DNA of 64,000 nt from an uncultured delta proteobacterium (GCA_963808235.1 CAWEEQ010000004.1:480001-544000), one strand, 5' to 3'. Counted from the first letter of the stretch, positions 32,928 to 43,128 are shown. Translations and numbers: made by a program. Notes: a model not told the origin generated them from the letters alone.

Positions 32928-33000
32928 CGGATCCTTTCTGGAGTCATCGACGTACACCACCCAAAGACTGAGCACTCCCGCTATGCCATGATCACTCAGC

Positions 33001-33207
33001 ATGGAAGATCGGCGCAAAATTACAGCGCTCGTGAAGAGCGACTTACTCGCCAAAGCCCAAAGGGCCACGCGCGCCGGAATCAGCGAAACCGTTCGCGAGG
33101 GTCTCGAGTTACTAGCCGCGAACGAAGCCTATAGCGGCCTCCTGAAGATGCGCAGTAAGGTCAAGTTCTCCGTCAATCTGAGCCAACTGCGCCAAGACCG
33201 CCGCTAG
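33001..33207 (+). CDS. Putative VapB-like ribbon-helix-helix antitoxin (no adjacent toxin)
   Basis: RKITALVKSDLLAKAQRAT..GISETVREGLELL..LRQDRR pattern, 68 aa. Confidence 0.65.
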   Translation: MEDRRKITALVKSDLLAKAQRATRAGISETVREGLELLAANEAYSGLLKMRSKVKFSVNLSQLRQDRR

Positions 33208-33209
33208 TG

Positions 33210-33659
33210 CTAACCACGCTTGCGCGTGTCCGGATGCGGCAGCGTGTTGCCCTTGACCCGGATCAGATCGTCGGTCGTGTCGAACCATGAGAGCTTGCTC
33301 TCGACGAACTGATGAATCTGCGGGCGGATGCGCTCGGGCTCATCGAAGGTGCCGACTCTGACCGAAAAGTATCTTCCGTCCTTCACCAGCGGATTATTCG
33401 GGGCGTCGTACTCGCCGTACAATCCGGTCCCGCACTTTCCGCAGAAGTGGCTGCTGCCGTTTGCCGAAGTGGGATACACGCTCGGCGTGCCCTTCGTCAC
33501 GCGGAACGCATCGCCCGCGACCGCCGCCGTCAGAAGCACAGGAGCGCCGCTGCTATGCCGGCATGGATTGCAATGGCAGTAGATAACATCGAAGACCCGA
33601 TCGACTTCGTATCGGATCGCTTTGCAGAGACATCCGCCGGTGAATGGTCCCTCGATCAT
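33210..33659 (-). CDS. GFA (CENP-V/glutathione-dependent formaldehyde-activating) family protein
   Basis: GGCLCKAIRY, CHCNPCR, FCGKCGT, HQFVESKLSW. Confidence 0.92.
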   Translation of the reverse strand: MIEGPFTGGCLCKAIRYEVDRVFDVIYCHCNPCRHSSGAPVLLTAAVAGDAFRVTKGTPSVYPTSANGSSHFCGKCGTGLYGEYDAPNNPLVKDGRYFSVRVGTFDEPERIRPQIHQFVESKLSWFDTTDDLIRVKGNTLPHPDTRKRG

Positions 33660-33731
33660 GGTCGCTGATTCTAACGCAGGGCAAGGTTTCAGGGACAGGA
33701 TCGAGATTCTTGAAAACGCGATCTCCCGATT

Positions 33732-34796
33732 TCATTTATTGAGGAGCTTCTCTGCTTCTCTCTGATCGACAAAACGGCTCTCCCCCAGCTCTTTCCTGAA
33801 TACGGCGCACAAAGCGGGCCAGCGCGACAGCCGGGCATCGGGCCATCCACGCCCCGGCAGGAACGATCGCCACCGGGTCCAGTCCACCATGACGAAGCTG
33901 ACCGCCTTGATCTCCGGATGCGCTCCGATGAACGCGAACAGATCGCGGCCCCAGGCTGCGGCTTCGTCTTCGGATTTGGCTGCCCGAACTTGTCTGGCAC
34001 CGGGCGGATTAAACACTGGCGAAGTCTCCGCGATCAGAACCGGCCGCTTGTGCCGCACGGCATCAGCAAGGAACGCGGTCGTCTCGCCCAGCTGGAAATC
34101 GGAGGGATCGAACAGATTGACGCTCCACCAATCGACGTACTCGTCGCCGGGGTACCATCGCATATAACCCAGCTGCGAGAATCCGGACGCGGTTGCGTTC
34201 CACACTGCGGCTACATTGTCTGCATGCGCGGCTCGCAGGATTCCGACGATGTGGCGAAATGACTTCAGGTAGAGCGCAGGATCGTAGGTTGCCCACGGAT
34301 TGTTGAACTCGAAGCCGATTCGCATCAGAACGGGCCGGCGCTGAGCGCGGAGGATTTCAGCCAGGCGTATGAGTTCGCGGTCGCGCGATCCATCCGCGAC
34401 CTCGCGCTGCATGGTTTGAAACCCTAGACCGAGTTGCGCGACGAGAAATCCGCGATTCGCGCAGAATTCTTTATAGCGGCTCTCGAAGCCGGCGAGCATG
34501 CGATCATCTGGTGCGACATAGAATGAGATCATCGCGGCCTTATGCGGCGCAACGTCGGCCTCGTATTGGCCGAGCTGGGCCGCATCGTCACGCGCCGCAT
34601 CTTCGCCCAAGTCCCACGCGTGCGAGAACTGGCCCCATCCGTGTAGCACGCGTCCTGCGGGCGGCTCGAAACGCGCGCCGAAGTAGAGTTGATTCAGGGT
34701 CGCCGGGGATGCGGGATTCATTGCACTCGGCGCAATCGCGGTTGCCAGGATGGAAAAGAAGACAAAAAGTAATCGCCGACTCAGCGCGAGTTTCAC
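33732..34796 (-). CDS. Exported glycoside hydrolase family 26-like protein
   Basis: GTG start overlapping the ndh stop (GTGA); signal peptide; RIGFEFN (acid/base), WYPGDEYVDW, IAET (nucleophile). Confidence 0.8.
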   Translation of the reverse strand: MKLALSRRLLFVFFSILATAIAPSAMNPASPATLNQLYFGARFEPPAGRVLHGWGQFSHAWDLGEDAARDDAAQLGQYEADVAPHKAAMISFYVAPDDRMLAGFESRYKEFCANRGFLVAQLGLGFQTMQREVADGSRDRELIRLAEILRAQRRPVLMRIGFEFNNPWATYDPALYLKSFRHIVGILRAAHADNVAAVWNATASGFSQLGYMRWYPGDEYVDWWSVNLFDPSDFQLGETTAFLADAVRHKRPVLIAETSPVFNPPGARQVRAAKSEDEAAAWGRDLFAFIGAHPEIKAVSFVMVDWTRWRSFLPGRGWPDARLSRWPALCAVFRKELGESRFVDQREAEKLLNK

Positions 34797-36088
34797 TTCG
34801 AGAGCATCCGCTCGCGATCTTTCAGCTTCTCGCCGCGTTCGAGTAGCGGTTCCACGTCGCCGGTGATCAATCGGGCTCCGCGATCGTTGCGGATATACGT
34901 CCACGCCCATTCCACGATAACGATGAAGCGGTTGCGAAATCCAATCAGAAAGAAAATGTGCACGAATAGCCACATCAGCCACGCGACGATGCCGCTCAGA
35001 TGCATCCTGCCGATGTCGGCGACCGCGGCGGCCTTTCCAATTGTCGCGAGCGTCCCCTTGTCCCAGTAGCGAAACGGGAGCGTCGGCTCGCCGCGCATGA
35101 TGCGCACGATATTCTCCGCCGCATGCTGCCCTTCTTGCATCGCCGCCGGCGACAGTCCCGGCACCGGTTTTCCGTCCGACTTTATCGACGCGAGGTCGCC
35201 GATCACGAACACGCCGTCAGCGCCCTTTACTGAAAGATCCTGATTCACGATCACGCGGCCGGCGCGATCCAGCTCCGCGCCGAGGCTCTTGCCGAGCGTC
35301 GAAGCCGCCACTCCGGCCGCCCAGATAACCGTCCGCGTCTCGGTCTGAACTCCGCCGTGCATGACTCCGCGATCGTCGACTGCCGTGACCGGCGAATCTG
35401 TGACGACTTCCACTCCCAGCCGCTCCAGTTGCCGCCGCGCGCTCGTCGATGACTCCATCGACATCGCGGGCAGCACTCGCGGACCCGCCTCGATCAGGAT
35501 GATTCGGGCGCGGCCCGGATCGATTCGCCGGAAATCACGCTCGAGCACCCGCCGCGATATCTCAGCGAGTGCACCAGCCATCTCGACCCCCGTCGGCCCC
35601 GCTCCGATTATCACGAACGTCATCCAGTTCGCGATTTCATCCGCGTCGATCTCCCGCTCCGCCGCTTCGTAGGCGACCAGCACCCGGCGCCGAATCTCGA
35701 CCGCATCTTCGAGCGTCTTCAACCCTGGCGCCGCGCCTTTCCATTCCTCGTGGCCGAAGTACGAATGCGTCGCGCCGGCCGCGACGATCAAGTAGTCGTA
35801 AGCAACTTCACCGTCGGCGAGTTGTACGATTTTTTTGGCCGTGTCGATCGAGATCGCTTCGCCGAGAATGACGCTCGCGTTTCGCTGGCGGCGCAGAATC
35901 CGCCGTATCGGCGATGCGATATCGCTCGGATTCAGCGCCGCGGTCGCGACCTGGTAGAGCAGCGGCTGGAACAGATGATGGTTGCGCCGATCGACCATCG
36001 TCACCCGCACCGGCGCTCGCTTGAGCGCCCGCGCAGCCGCGATCCCGCCGAATCCGCCGCCGATGATCACGACGTGTTTTTCAGCCAC
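34793..36088 (-). CDS. ndh: Type II NADH:quinone oxidoreductase
   Basis: GGGFGG, HHLFQPLLYQVAT, IGAGPTGVEMAG, IWAAGV, IGD, AAMQEG, FRYWDKG. Confidence 0.93.
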   Translation of the reverse strand: MAEKHVVIIGGGFGGIAAARALKRAPVRVTMVDRRNHHLFQPLLYQVATAALNPSDIASPIRRILRRQRNASVILGEAISIDTAKKIVQLADGEVAYDYLIVAAGATHSYFGHEEWKGAAPGLKTLEDAVEIRRRVLVAYEAAEREIDADEIANWMTFVIIGAGPTGVEMAGALAEISRRVLERDFRRIDPGRARIILIEAGPRVLPAMSMESSTSARRQLERLGVEVVTDSPVTAVDDRGVMHGGVQTETRTVIWAAGVAASTLGKSLGAELDRAGRVIVNQDLSVKGADGVFVIGDLASIKSDGKPVPGLSPAAMQEGQHAAENIVRIMRGEPTLPFRYWDKGTLATIGKAAAVADIGRMHLSGIVAWLMWLFVHIFFLIGFRNRFIVIVEWAWTYIRNDRGARLITGDVEPLLERGEKLKDRERMLSK

Positions 36089-36144
36089 GATCTGATCGTA
36101 TCGATCTCATCCAGACGGATCGAATAAAAGAAACAAGTCGCGAA

Positions 36145-37047
36145 TCAGCCTCCGAGGCTTTCGAGGTTAAAGATTCGCTCGACTATCGCCGTTACTCGCG
36201 AGGTTGCCCGCGCAACCGCGATCAGATCTCCGCTCGTCGAAATCACTTTGAACAACGTTCCGCCCGATGGAACCAGGGAGTCGAGCGCGCGTGAATCGCC
36301 GTTGCGTAGCCGTTTTTCCGCGACCGCATCGAGCACGAGCTCCGGCATGCCGACCAGCGCATCGCGAAGACCAATCATGCCGGTCGGCCGCGCACCGGAA
36401 TCGAGCGTCGCGACGAGCGCCGCAAGCGCCATCGCGTCCGCAATCGAAAAGGCTCCGTTGCGCGTGCGGCGGAGTTCTTCGAGATGCGCGACTGTGCCCA
36501 GCGCGAGGCCGATATCGCGCGCCAACGCGCGAGCGTATGTGCCCGGCGAGCATGTCGCGACGAATCGAATCGCGTCGGGCGCTTCGCAAATGAGCTCGAG
36601 ACGTTTGATGTTGACGATTCGTTTTTCGGGCGGCGCAACGTCTTCACCGCGCCGCGCGAGCCGATAAAGCGGCACTCCGGCGCGTTTGATCGCGGAAAAC
36701 ACGGGAGGAATCTGCTCGATCGCTCCGGTGAATTGCTCGACGACCTCCGCAATTTTCTCGCCCGAGATGACCGGCACCTCGGCGCGGCGAACCTCGGCGC
36801 CGTCGCGATCGAGCGTGTCGGTCTCGACTCCTAGCCGAATGAGTCCCGCATACTCCTTGTCGCCACCGTCGATAAACGGCGCGAGCTTGGTCGCCTCGCC
36901 GACCATTATCGGCAGGAGTCCCGTCGCGAACGGATCGAGCGTCCCCAGATGTCCCACCCGGGCCGGCTTGAGGCGCGATTTGACGCGTCGCACGACCTCT
37001 GCCGACGAGATTCCAGCGGGTTTATCCACCAACAAAATTGCATTCAT
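36145..37047 (-). CDS. truB: tRNA pseudouridine(55) synthase
   Basis: DKPAGISS, VGHLGTLDPFATGLL, TDTLD, QIPPVFSAIK, CSPGTYARALARD, LRRTR. Confidence 0.96.
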   Translation of the reverse strand: MNAILLVDKPAGISSAEVVRRVKSRLKPARVGHLGTLDPFATGLLPIMVGEATKLAPFIDGGDKEYAGLIRLGVETDTLDRDGAEVRRAEVPVISGEKIAEVVEQFTGAIEQIPPVFSAIKRAGVPLYRLARRGEDVAPPEKRIVNIKRLELICEAPDAIRFVATCSPGTYARALARDIGLALGTVAHLEELRRTRNGAFSIADAMALAALVATLDSGARPTGMIGLRDALVGMPELVLDAVAEKRLRNGDSRALDSLVPSGGTLFKVISTSGDLIAVARATSRVTAIVERIFNLESLGG

Positions 37048-37196
37048 GGGGGCGTCCCTGATCTATCCACTCGTGAGTTTTCGCATTTCGTTCTCTTTCG
37101 TCCTTTCCCGAAATAGCCCTAGCTTTACTCCGCGGACCGGCTCTGTTAGTTTGGTCGGCTAAAGATAAAGGAAAAAAGGGAAAGTAAGAACTCCGA

Positions 37197-37466
37197 ATGC
37201 CTCTTCCAGCAGCCCGTAAGCGGGAAGTCATACAAGCCAACGCTCGAACCAGCAATGACAGCGGCTCGCCTGAAGTTCAGGTCGCGCTCCTCTCGGCCCG
37301 GATCGACCAGTTGACCGAGCACCTCGCGGCGCACAAGAAGGACCATCATACGCGCCGTGGATTGTTGCGTCTGGTCGGCAAGCGTCGTCGGCTCCTTGAT
37401 TACCTGCATTCGCGCGATTTCTCGCGCTATAAAGGGTTGATCGAAAAGCTGGGCATCCGGAGATAG
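37197..37466 (+). CDS. rpsO: 30S ribosomal protein S15
   Basis: [43 protein letters not shown]. Confidence 0.98.
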   Translation: MPLPAARKREVIQANARTSNDSGSPEVQVALLSARIDQLTEHLAAHKKDHHTRRGLLRLVGKRRRLLDYLHSRDFSRYKGLIEKLGIRR

Positions 37467-37502
37467 GCTGTGCATACACTTGCCGCGCTGCCCGCAACAT
37501 TC

Positions 37503-37550
37503 GGGCGCGCGGGCCTTGGCTGGCCGTCCGGTCGGCATCAAGGCGCGCCC
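37503..37550 (+). promoter_or_regulatory. Long stem-loop in the rpsO-pnp spacer (possible RNase III/autoregulatory pnp leader)
   Basis: Nested pairings GGGCGCG/CGCGCCC, CCTTG/CAAGG and CTGGCC/GGTCGG; position matches known pnp leaders. Confidence 0.45.
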
Positions 37551-37620
37551 CCTGCGGCGCCACGCGGAAATCAGAACCGCAATCGTCGCGCCGCCTCAGT
37601 CCTCCCTCAGGTAACATCGC

Positions 37621-39717
37621 ATGTATCAGAAACTCGAAATTGACTTTGCCGGGCGTAAACTCTCGCTCGAAACAGGCCGGCTCGCCCGGCAGGCGCATGG
37701 CGCAGTGCTCGCCACCTATGGCGACACGGTCGTCCTCGCGACTGCGGTCTCGCAGTATGAAGCCCGCCCCAACATGGATTTTCTGCCGCTCACGGTAGAC
37801 TACGTCGAAAAGACTTTCGCCGCCGGCAAAATCCCCGGCGGTTTTTTTAAGCGCGAAGGCCGCGCCTCCGAAAAGGAAACTCTCACTTCGCGGTTGATCG
37901 ATCGCTCGATGCGCCCGCTGTTTCCCAAGGGCTACGACCGCGAGACCCAAATTATCGTGACCGTCCTCTCCGCCGATCGCGACAACGATCCCGACATGCT
38001 CTCGCTGATCGCGGCGTCGGCGGCGCTCGGAGTCTCCGATATTCCCCACAACGGACCCGTCGCGAGCGTCCGGATGGGCCGGGTGGACGGCAAAATCGTC
38101 GTCAACCCAACTCTCGGCGACCTCGAAGGAAGCGACGTGTCGCTGGTCGTCGCGGCTAATCCCGAGTCGATCATGATGCTCGAAGGCGGCGCTCATATCG
38201 TCGACGAGGAGACAATCCTCGAGGCGCTCTTCACCGCGCATGAAGCGATGCAACCGATTTTCGCGATGCAGGAAGAGTTGCGTCGGCGCGCGGGCAAGCC
38301 CAAACGCGAATTCGTGCCCAAGGCACGCGATGCCGCGTTGCTCGCGGCGGTCGAAAAGAATGTCGGCGACAAGCTCGAGAAGGCTCTTGCCACCAAGGGA
38401 AAGAAAGAGCGGAACGCGGCGCTGTACGCACTCAGCGACAAGGTCGTCGCCGATCTTTCAGAAAAGTTCCCCGAGCGCACCGGCGAAATCGTCGACGCGT
38501 GCGACTACCTGGTGCGGACGCGAGTGCGAATGTCGATTCTGGACGACGACAAGCGAATCGACGATCGCAAATCCACCGAAATCCGCGCGCTGAGCGCGGA
38601 GGTCCACGCGCTGCCGCGCACCCACGGCTCCGCGGTCTTCACCCGCGGCGAGACCCAGGCGCTCGCGACCGTCACGCTCGGCACTTCGTCCGACGAACAG
38701 AAGATCGACGCGTTGCTCGGCGAGCGCTTCAAGAAATTCCTGCTCCATTACAACTTCCCGCCGTTCTCGACCGGCGAAGTGAAATTTCTGCGCGCCCCGT
38801 CGCGGCGCGACATCGGACACGGTGCGCTAGCCGAACGCGCGCTCGCGCCGATCCTCCCCGACGAAGCCGACTTCCCGTACACGATTCGCGTCGTGTCCGA
38901 AGTGCTCGAGTCCAACGGCAGTTCCTCGATGGCCACCGTTTGCGGTGGCAGCCTCGCTCTCATGGACGCCGGCGTGCCGATCAAGGCCGCAGTCGCGGGA
39001 ATCGCGATGGGCCTGGTCAAGGAAGGCGACAAGGTCCGCGTCATCACCGACATCCTCGGCGACGAGGATCACCTCGGCGACATGGACTTCAAAGTGGCCG
39101 GCACCAAAGAAGGCGTGACCGCGATCCAGATGGACAACAAGGCCGGCGGCGTGTCCAAGGAAATCATGCGCCAGGCACTGCATCAGGCCCGCGACGCGCG
39201 TCTGCAGGTGCTTGGCGTGATGAACAAGGCGCTCGAGTCACCGCGCAAAGACGTCTCGACCTACGCGCCGCGAATCGTCACCCTGCATATCAAGCCCGAC
39301 AAAATTCGCGAAGTGATCGGGCCGGGCGGCAAGGTTATCCGCGGCCTGGTCGAGCAGACCGGATGCAAGATCGATATCGAAGATGACGGCACCGTGCTGA
39401 TCGCGTCGGCCGACGGGGTCGCGATGGAAAAAGCGATCGAGATGATCCAGGCGATCACCGCCGAGCCGGAGATCGGCAAGATCTATCACGGCACGGTGCG
39501 CAAGATCGTCGAGTTCGGCGCCTTCGTCGAGATCATGCCCGGCACCGACGGCCTGCTTCACATCTCGCAGATATCCAACGAACGGATCCGGCGCGTCGAG
39601 GACGTCCTGCACGAGGGCGACGAAATCGACGTCAAGGTGCTCGACGTGGATCGCAGCGGCAAAATCCGGCTCTCGCTTCGCGAGGCGAAACAGGACCAGG
39701 CTCCCAAAGGCAATTAG
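37621..39717 (+). CDS. pnp: Polyribonucleotide nucleotidyltransferase (PNPase)
   Basis: GKIPGGFFKREGR, HGSAVFTRGETQ, SNGSSSMA, TDILGDEDHLGDMDFKVAG; KH and S1 domains. Confidence 0.98.
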   Translation: MYQKLEIDFAGRKLSLETGRLARQAHGAVLATYGDTVVLATAVSQYEARPNMDFLPLTVDYVEKTFAAGKIPGGFFKREGRASEKETLTSRLIDRSMRPLFPKGYDRETQIIVTVLSADRDNDPDMLSLIAASAALGVSDIPHNGPVASVRMGRVDGKIVVNPTLGDLEGSDVSLVVAANPESIMMLEGGAHIVDEETILEALFTAHEAMQPIFAMQEELRRRAGKPKREFVPKARDAALLAAVEKNVGDKLEKALATKGKKERNAALYALSDKVVADLSEKFPERTGEIVDACDYLVRTRVRMSILDDDKRIDDRKSTEIRALSAEVHALPRTHGSAVFTRGETQALATVTLGTSSDEQKIDALLGERFKKFLLHYNFPPFSTGEVKFLRAPSRRDIGHGALAERALAPILPDEADFPYTIRVVSEVLESNGSSSMATVCGGSLALMDAGVPIKAAVAGIAMGLVKEGDKVRVITDILGDEDHLGDMDFKVAGTKEGVTAIQMDNKAGGVSKEIMRQALHQARDARLQVLGVMNKALESPRKDVSTYAPRIVTLHIKPDKIREVIGPGGKVIRGLVEQTGCKIDIEDDGTVLIASADGVAMEKAIEMIQAITAEPEIGKIYHGTVRKIVEFGAFVEIMPGTDGLLHISQISNERIRRVEDVLHEGDEIDVKVLDVDRSGKIRLSLREAKQDQAPKGN

Positions 39718-39727
39718 CTTAATCAGC

Positions 39728-40990
39728 ATGATTCAAAAAAGCGTCCTCGCAAACGGCGTGCGGATTCTGACTGAGGCGATGCCTCAAGTCGTCTCGTCGT
39801 CGATCGGAATATGGGTTGAGAACGGTTCCCGCTACGAAGAGCCGGCCGAAAACGGCACCTCTCATTTCATCGAGCACTTGCTCTTCAAGGGCACCAAGAA
39901 GCGCACCGCCGCGGAAATCGCCGAGGTTTTCGACAGCGTCGGCGGAGTGCTCAACGCCTTCACCGGCAAGGAATACACCTGCTACTACGCCAAGGTGCTC
40001 GGCAAGGACCTCGAGATGGCGACCGAAGTGCTCGCCGATATTTTCCTCGAGTCGGTGTTCGATCCCGCCGAGATTGAGCGCGAACGCCAAGTCGTGCTGC
40101 AGGAAATCTCGCAGGCCGAAGATACTCCCGACGATTTTATCCACGATCTGTTCACCGAAAATTTCTGGAAGGGTCATCCGCTCGCGTTGCCGATTTTCGG
40201 ATCGGTCGAGACGGTCAACAAGATCGATCGCGATCTGCTGACCTCCTTCATGGCGGCGCGCTACCGCTCGAGCCGGGTCTTTATCGCCGCCGCCGGCCAG
40301 GTCGAGCACGAACGCTTGACCGCGAAATGCGCCGGGCTGTTCGGCGCGATTGCGGGCAACGGCAAAGTCGAGAAGACTTCGCCGCCAATCGATCGCCCGA
40401 TGGTGCTGAATCGCGAGAAGAAACTCGAGCAGGCGCATATTTGCATCGGCGGCCCCGGTATCAGCACTGTGCATCCGCTGCGCTACGCTGGCTTCGTGCT
40501 CAATACGGCGCTCGGCGGCGGGATGTCCTCGCGGCTGTTCCAGGAAGTGCGCGAGAAGCGCGGCCGCGTCTACAGCATCTACTCGTTCATCTCGTCCTTC
40601 ATCGATTCCGGATACTTCGGTGTGTACGCCGGAACCAATCCCGAGTGGGTCGATGAAGTCCTCGAAGTAACGGTCGCCGAGCTGCGGAAAGTCGAGCACG
40701 ACGGCCTCGCGCCAAACGAGCTCGCGCGCGCCAAGAGCCAGCTTCAGGGCAACATGCTGCTCGGGATGGAATCCACCGACAGCCGCATGAACCGCCTCGC
40801 CCGCAATGAGATTTCGTTTCGCCGCGACGTTCCCCTACAAGAATTGTCGGAAGGAATCGACGCAGTCACCAACGACAACATCGTCGAACTGGCATCGTCA
40901 TGGTTCAAGCCCGACAAACTCGCGATGGTCCTGCTCGGCGATCTGAAGGGCCGCAAAATCGGCGCCGAAGTCTTCGCCCCGCTCGCGTAA
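39728..40990 (+). CDS. M16 family zinc metallopeptidase
   Basis: HFIEH inverted zinc motif, NAFTGKEYTCYY, LGGGMSSRLFQEVRE. Confidence 0.95.
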   Translation: MIQKSVLANGVRILTEAMPQVVSSSIGIWVENGSRYEEPAENGTSHFIEHLLFKGTKKRTAAEIAEVFDSVGGVLNAFTGKEYTCYYAKVLGKDLEMATEVLADIFLESVFDPAEIERERQVVLQEISQAEDTPDDFIHDLFTENFWKGHPLALPIFGSVETVNKIDRDLLTSFMAARYRSSRVFIAAAGQVEHERLTAKCAGLFGAIAGNGKVEKTSPPIDRPMVLNREKKLEQAHICIGGPGISTVHPLRYAGFVLNTALGGGMSSRLFQEVREKRGRVYSIYSFISSFIDSGYFGVYAGTNPEWVDEVLEVTVAELRKVEHDGLAPNELARAKSQLQGNMLLGMESTDSRMNRLARNEISFRRDVPLQELSEGIDAVTNDNIVELASSWFKPDKLAMVLLGDLKGRKIGAEVFAPLA

Positions 40991-40997
40991 AGTTCCA

Positions 40998-42394
40998 CTA
41001 CGCAGCTTTCCAGAGGCCGTGGAATCCGACCGGCACGCGATGGTCGAGATGCGCCCGCGCGATCGGTCCGCGCTCGATTTCTTCGGCGTCGAATATCGCG
41101 AGATGGCTGGCGTTGCGATCTTCATCGAAGATGTTCGTCAGTAGATAACCGTCGCCGTCGCGCGCATCGCGATTTCTCGGCACGAACACCGGCTCCGCCA
41201 CCGCGCATCGAGGACCGGCAGCATAGACGCGCATCTGTTTCGTGGCCTGATCGAAATGCCCGATACCGCGATGAAAGATATCGTCGCTGCCCGGGCCACC
41301 GATGCACGCGACGTAGCCGTGGCGATAGCTCAGCCCGATTCGCCGCTCGTCGATTCGCGGATACTCGCATCGCTCGTCGCTCAGTCTCTCAACAGCGAAT
41401 CTGGATGAGATACCGGCCCAATCGAACTCCCAGCGAGTCAAATACTGCGTCGCGTGGCGAGGGTCCGTCGGCGATCCGTCGGCCAATGGAAACAGCGGCA
41501 CGTCCTGCTGGCATACGTCGACGACAATCCGGTCGTGCTCATTGAATGCATTCATCTGATGCCACGCCATGCACGACGGTCCCGAGAACCATCGGACATC
41601 CTCGACGCCGCCGTTTCTCGGCATGATTCCGACTTGCGTGCCCAAGTCCGGCTCCCACGCAATCAGCGGCGCGCCCGCCATCGCCCGTTTGATCGACACC
41701 GTCACCGGGCACATCGGGATGACGATAAAATCTCTCGTCACCGCGAAATCATGAACCAGCGCCGCGAACGGCCCCTTGATCATCTGCGATCGGACTAGCT
41801 CTCCCGATGCGTTCGCGAAGTAGAACTCGATATCGCCGTTTACTCGTCCGGTCGGAAAGTTCGCAAAGAAAACCATCTCGCCTGAATCGCGATCGATCTT
41901 CGGATGCGCGGTCATGTTCCGTCCGAGCTTGTTGTCAAACGACCAGCGGCCGATTGTCTCCAGCGACACAGGATCGATTTCGATAGGCCCATGTCCTTCT
42001 TCCAGGGCCAGCAATTTATTCGCGTGCCATACAAGGTTTGTATTCGCCACGCCGTCGGTCCGCATGCCCGCAACGCTCGAATCAGAATCCGTGGGGATCC
42101 CCGAAGTGCCAAACAGTGCTCGGCCGGCGCGATTCTCGAGCCTCCACTGCTCGGTCCGCACCCATCGATTGCGATACGAGACCGCACCATCGTGCAGATG
42201 GAACGCATGCACCATTCCGTCTCCATTGAGGGGATTGTAGTTGCCGCGCGGCGGAAATTGCGGGTTCGGTCCGATCCGATAGAACATCCCGTCGAGGTCC
42301 TTCGGACTTCGCCCTCTATGATCAAATGCGCCGAGTCGCACTCCATCCGAATCGGTTCAAAGCCGCGCGATAGATACGGATTGGTCGAAGACAT
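40998..42394 (-). pseudogene. Carotenoid cleavage oxygenase/lignostilbene dioxygenase family, split by a 1-nt deletion near 42304 (pseudogene or sequencing error)
   Basis: N-terminus MSSTNPYLSRGFEPIRMECD..IEGEV in one frame continues as PKDLDGMFYRIGPNP..DGMVH..ANT..TAHPK..HDF..H..EYPRI..EPVF..GFHG in another. Confidence 0.85.
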
Positions 42395-42558
42395 ACCTAA
42401 ACCCTGCGTGCGGCCGGATCCAATCGCAATACTGAAACTCGGATTTGCCCCCTTGATTTCCGCTTTTGGATGTTCCGCGGGCACTCGGCTGAAAATATTT
42501 TTTCTGTCAAGAGCGGGTGAAGGCGCCGGCACAGCACGCGACCATCGGGGTTGCCGCT

Positions 42559-43128
42559 TCACTGCGCCCGCTTGCAGACCGCGACCGTCACCCCGTTTTC
42601 ATCGATGCCGACCCAGTACATCATTCCGGCGGGCTGGCTCGCGACGACGAAGCTCTCGGTCACCCGCGTTCGTTCCTTTCGCATGTTGTTCAAGTCGAGG
42701 CCCTGGAAATGTTGTGGATGGAGAAAGTTGTCCGAGCAAACCTGGTCACTCAGCGTGCTTCCGCCGCCCTCCAGATAGTTCCAGCTCGTTTCAGAACGGC
42801 CGGTCCCGTCGGAATTCAAAATGTAAGTGCCGGCGCCCAGGTCAAAATCGCAGGGTCGGCTGTTGCGGATAATCGCAATATCGCCCGCACCGTGCGTGCG
42901 CATATGTCCGCTGACGAACTTACCCGCGCCGTCCGCTACCAGATCCATTGAACCGGTATAGGTCACGGCAAGTGGCTCGCCGACAGCGGCGGGGAATTTG
43001 GCGCCGGTGAGGCTGCAACGAATCGGGCCGCGCAGGCTCGCCTTGCCGAGCAGCTCGCCCGCGAGCGCCGTCGATGCGACCAGCATCAGAGCGATCAGAT
43101 CGAAAAGTACTTTTTTTCGCACCGCCAT
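42559..43128 (-). CDS. Hypothetical exported protein
   Basis: Signal peptide MAVRKKVLFDLIALMLVASTALA; beta-rich mature part with 4 Cys; no family recognised. Confidence 0.6.
   Translation of the reverse strand: MAVRKKVLFDLIALMLVASTALAGELLGKASLRGPIRCSLTGAKFPAAVGEPLAVTYTGSMDLVADGAGKFVSGHMRTHGAGDIAIIRNSRPCDFDLGAGTYILNSDGTGRSETSWNYLEGGGSTLSDQVCSDNFLHPQHFQGLDLNNMRKERTRVTESFVVASQPAGMMYWVGIDENGVTVAVCKRAQ

Noticed and set aside
37022-37071. DnaA-box-like TTATCCACC and CTATCCACT near the truB start
   Set aside because: Imperfect matches; the first is explained by the conserved VDK codons of truB.
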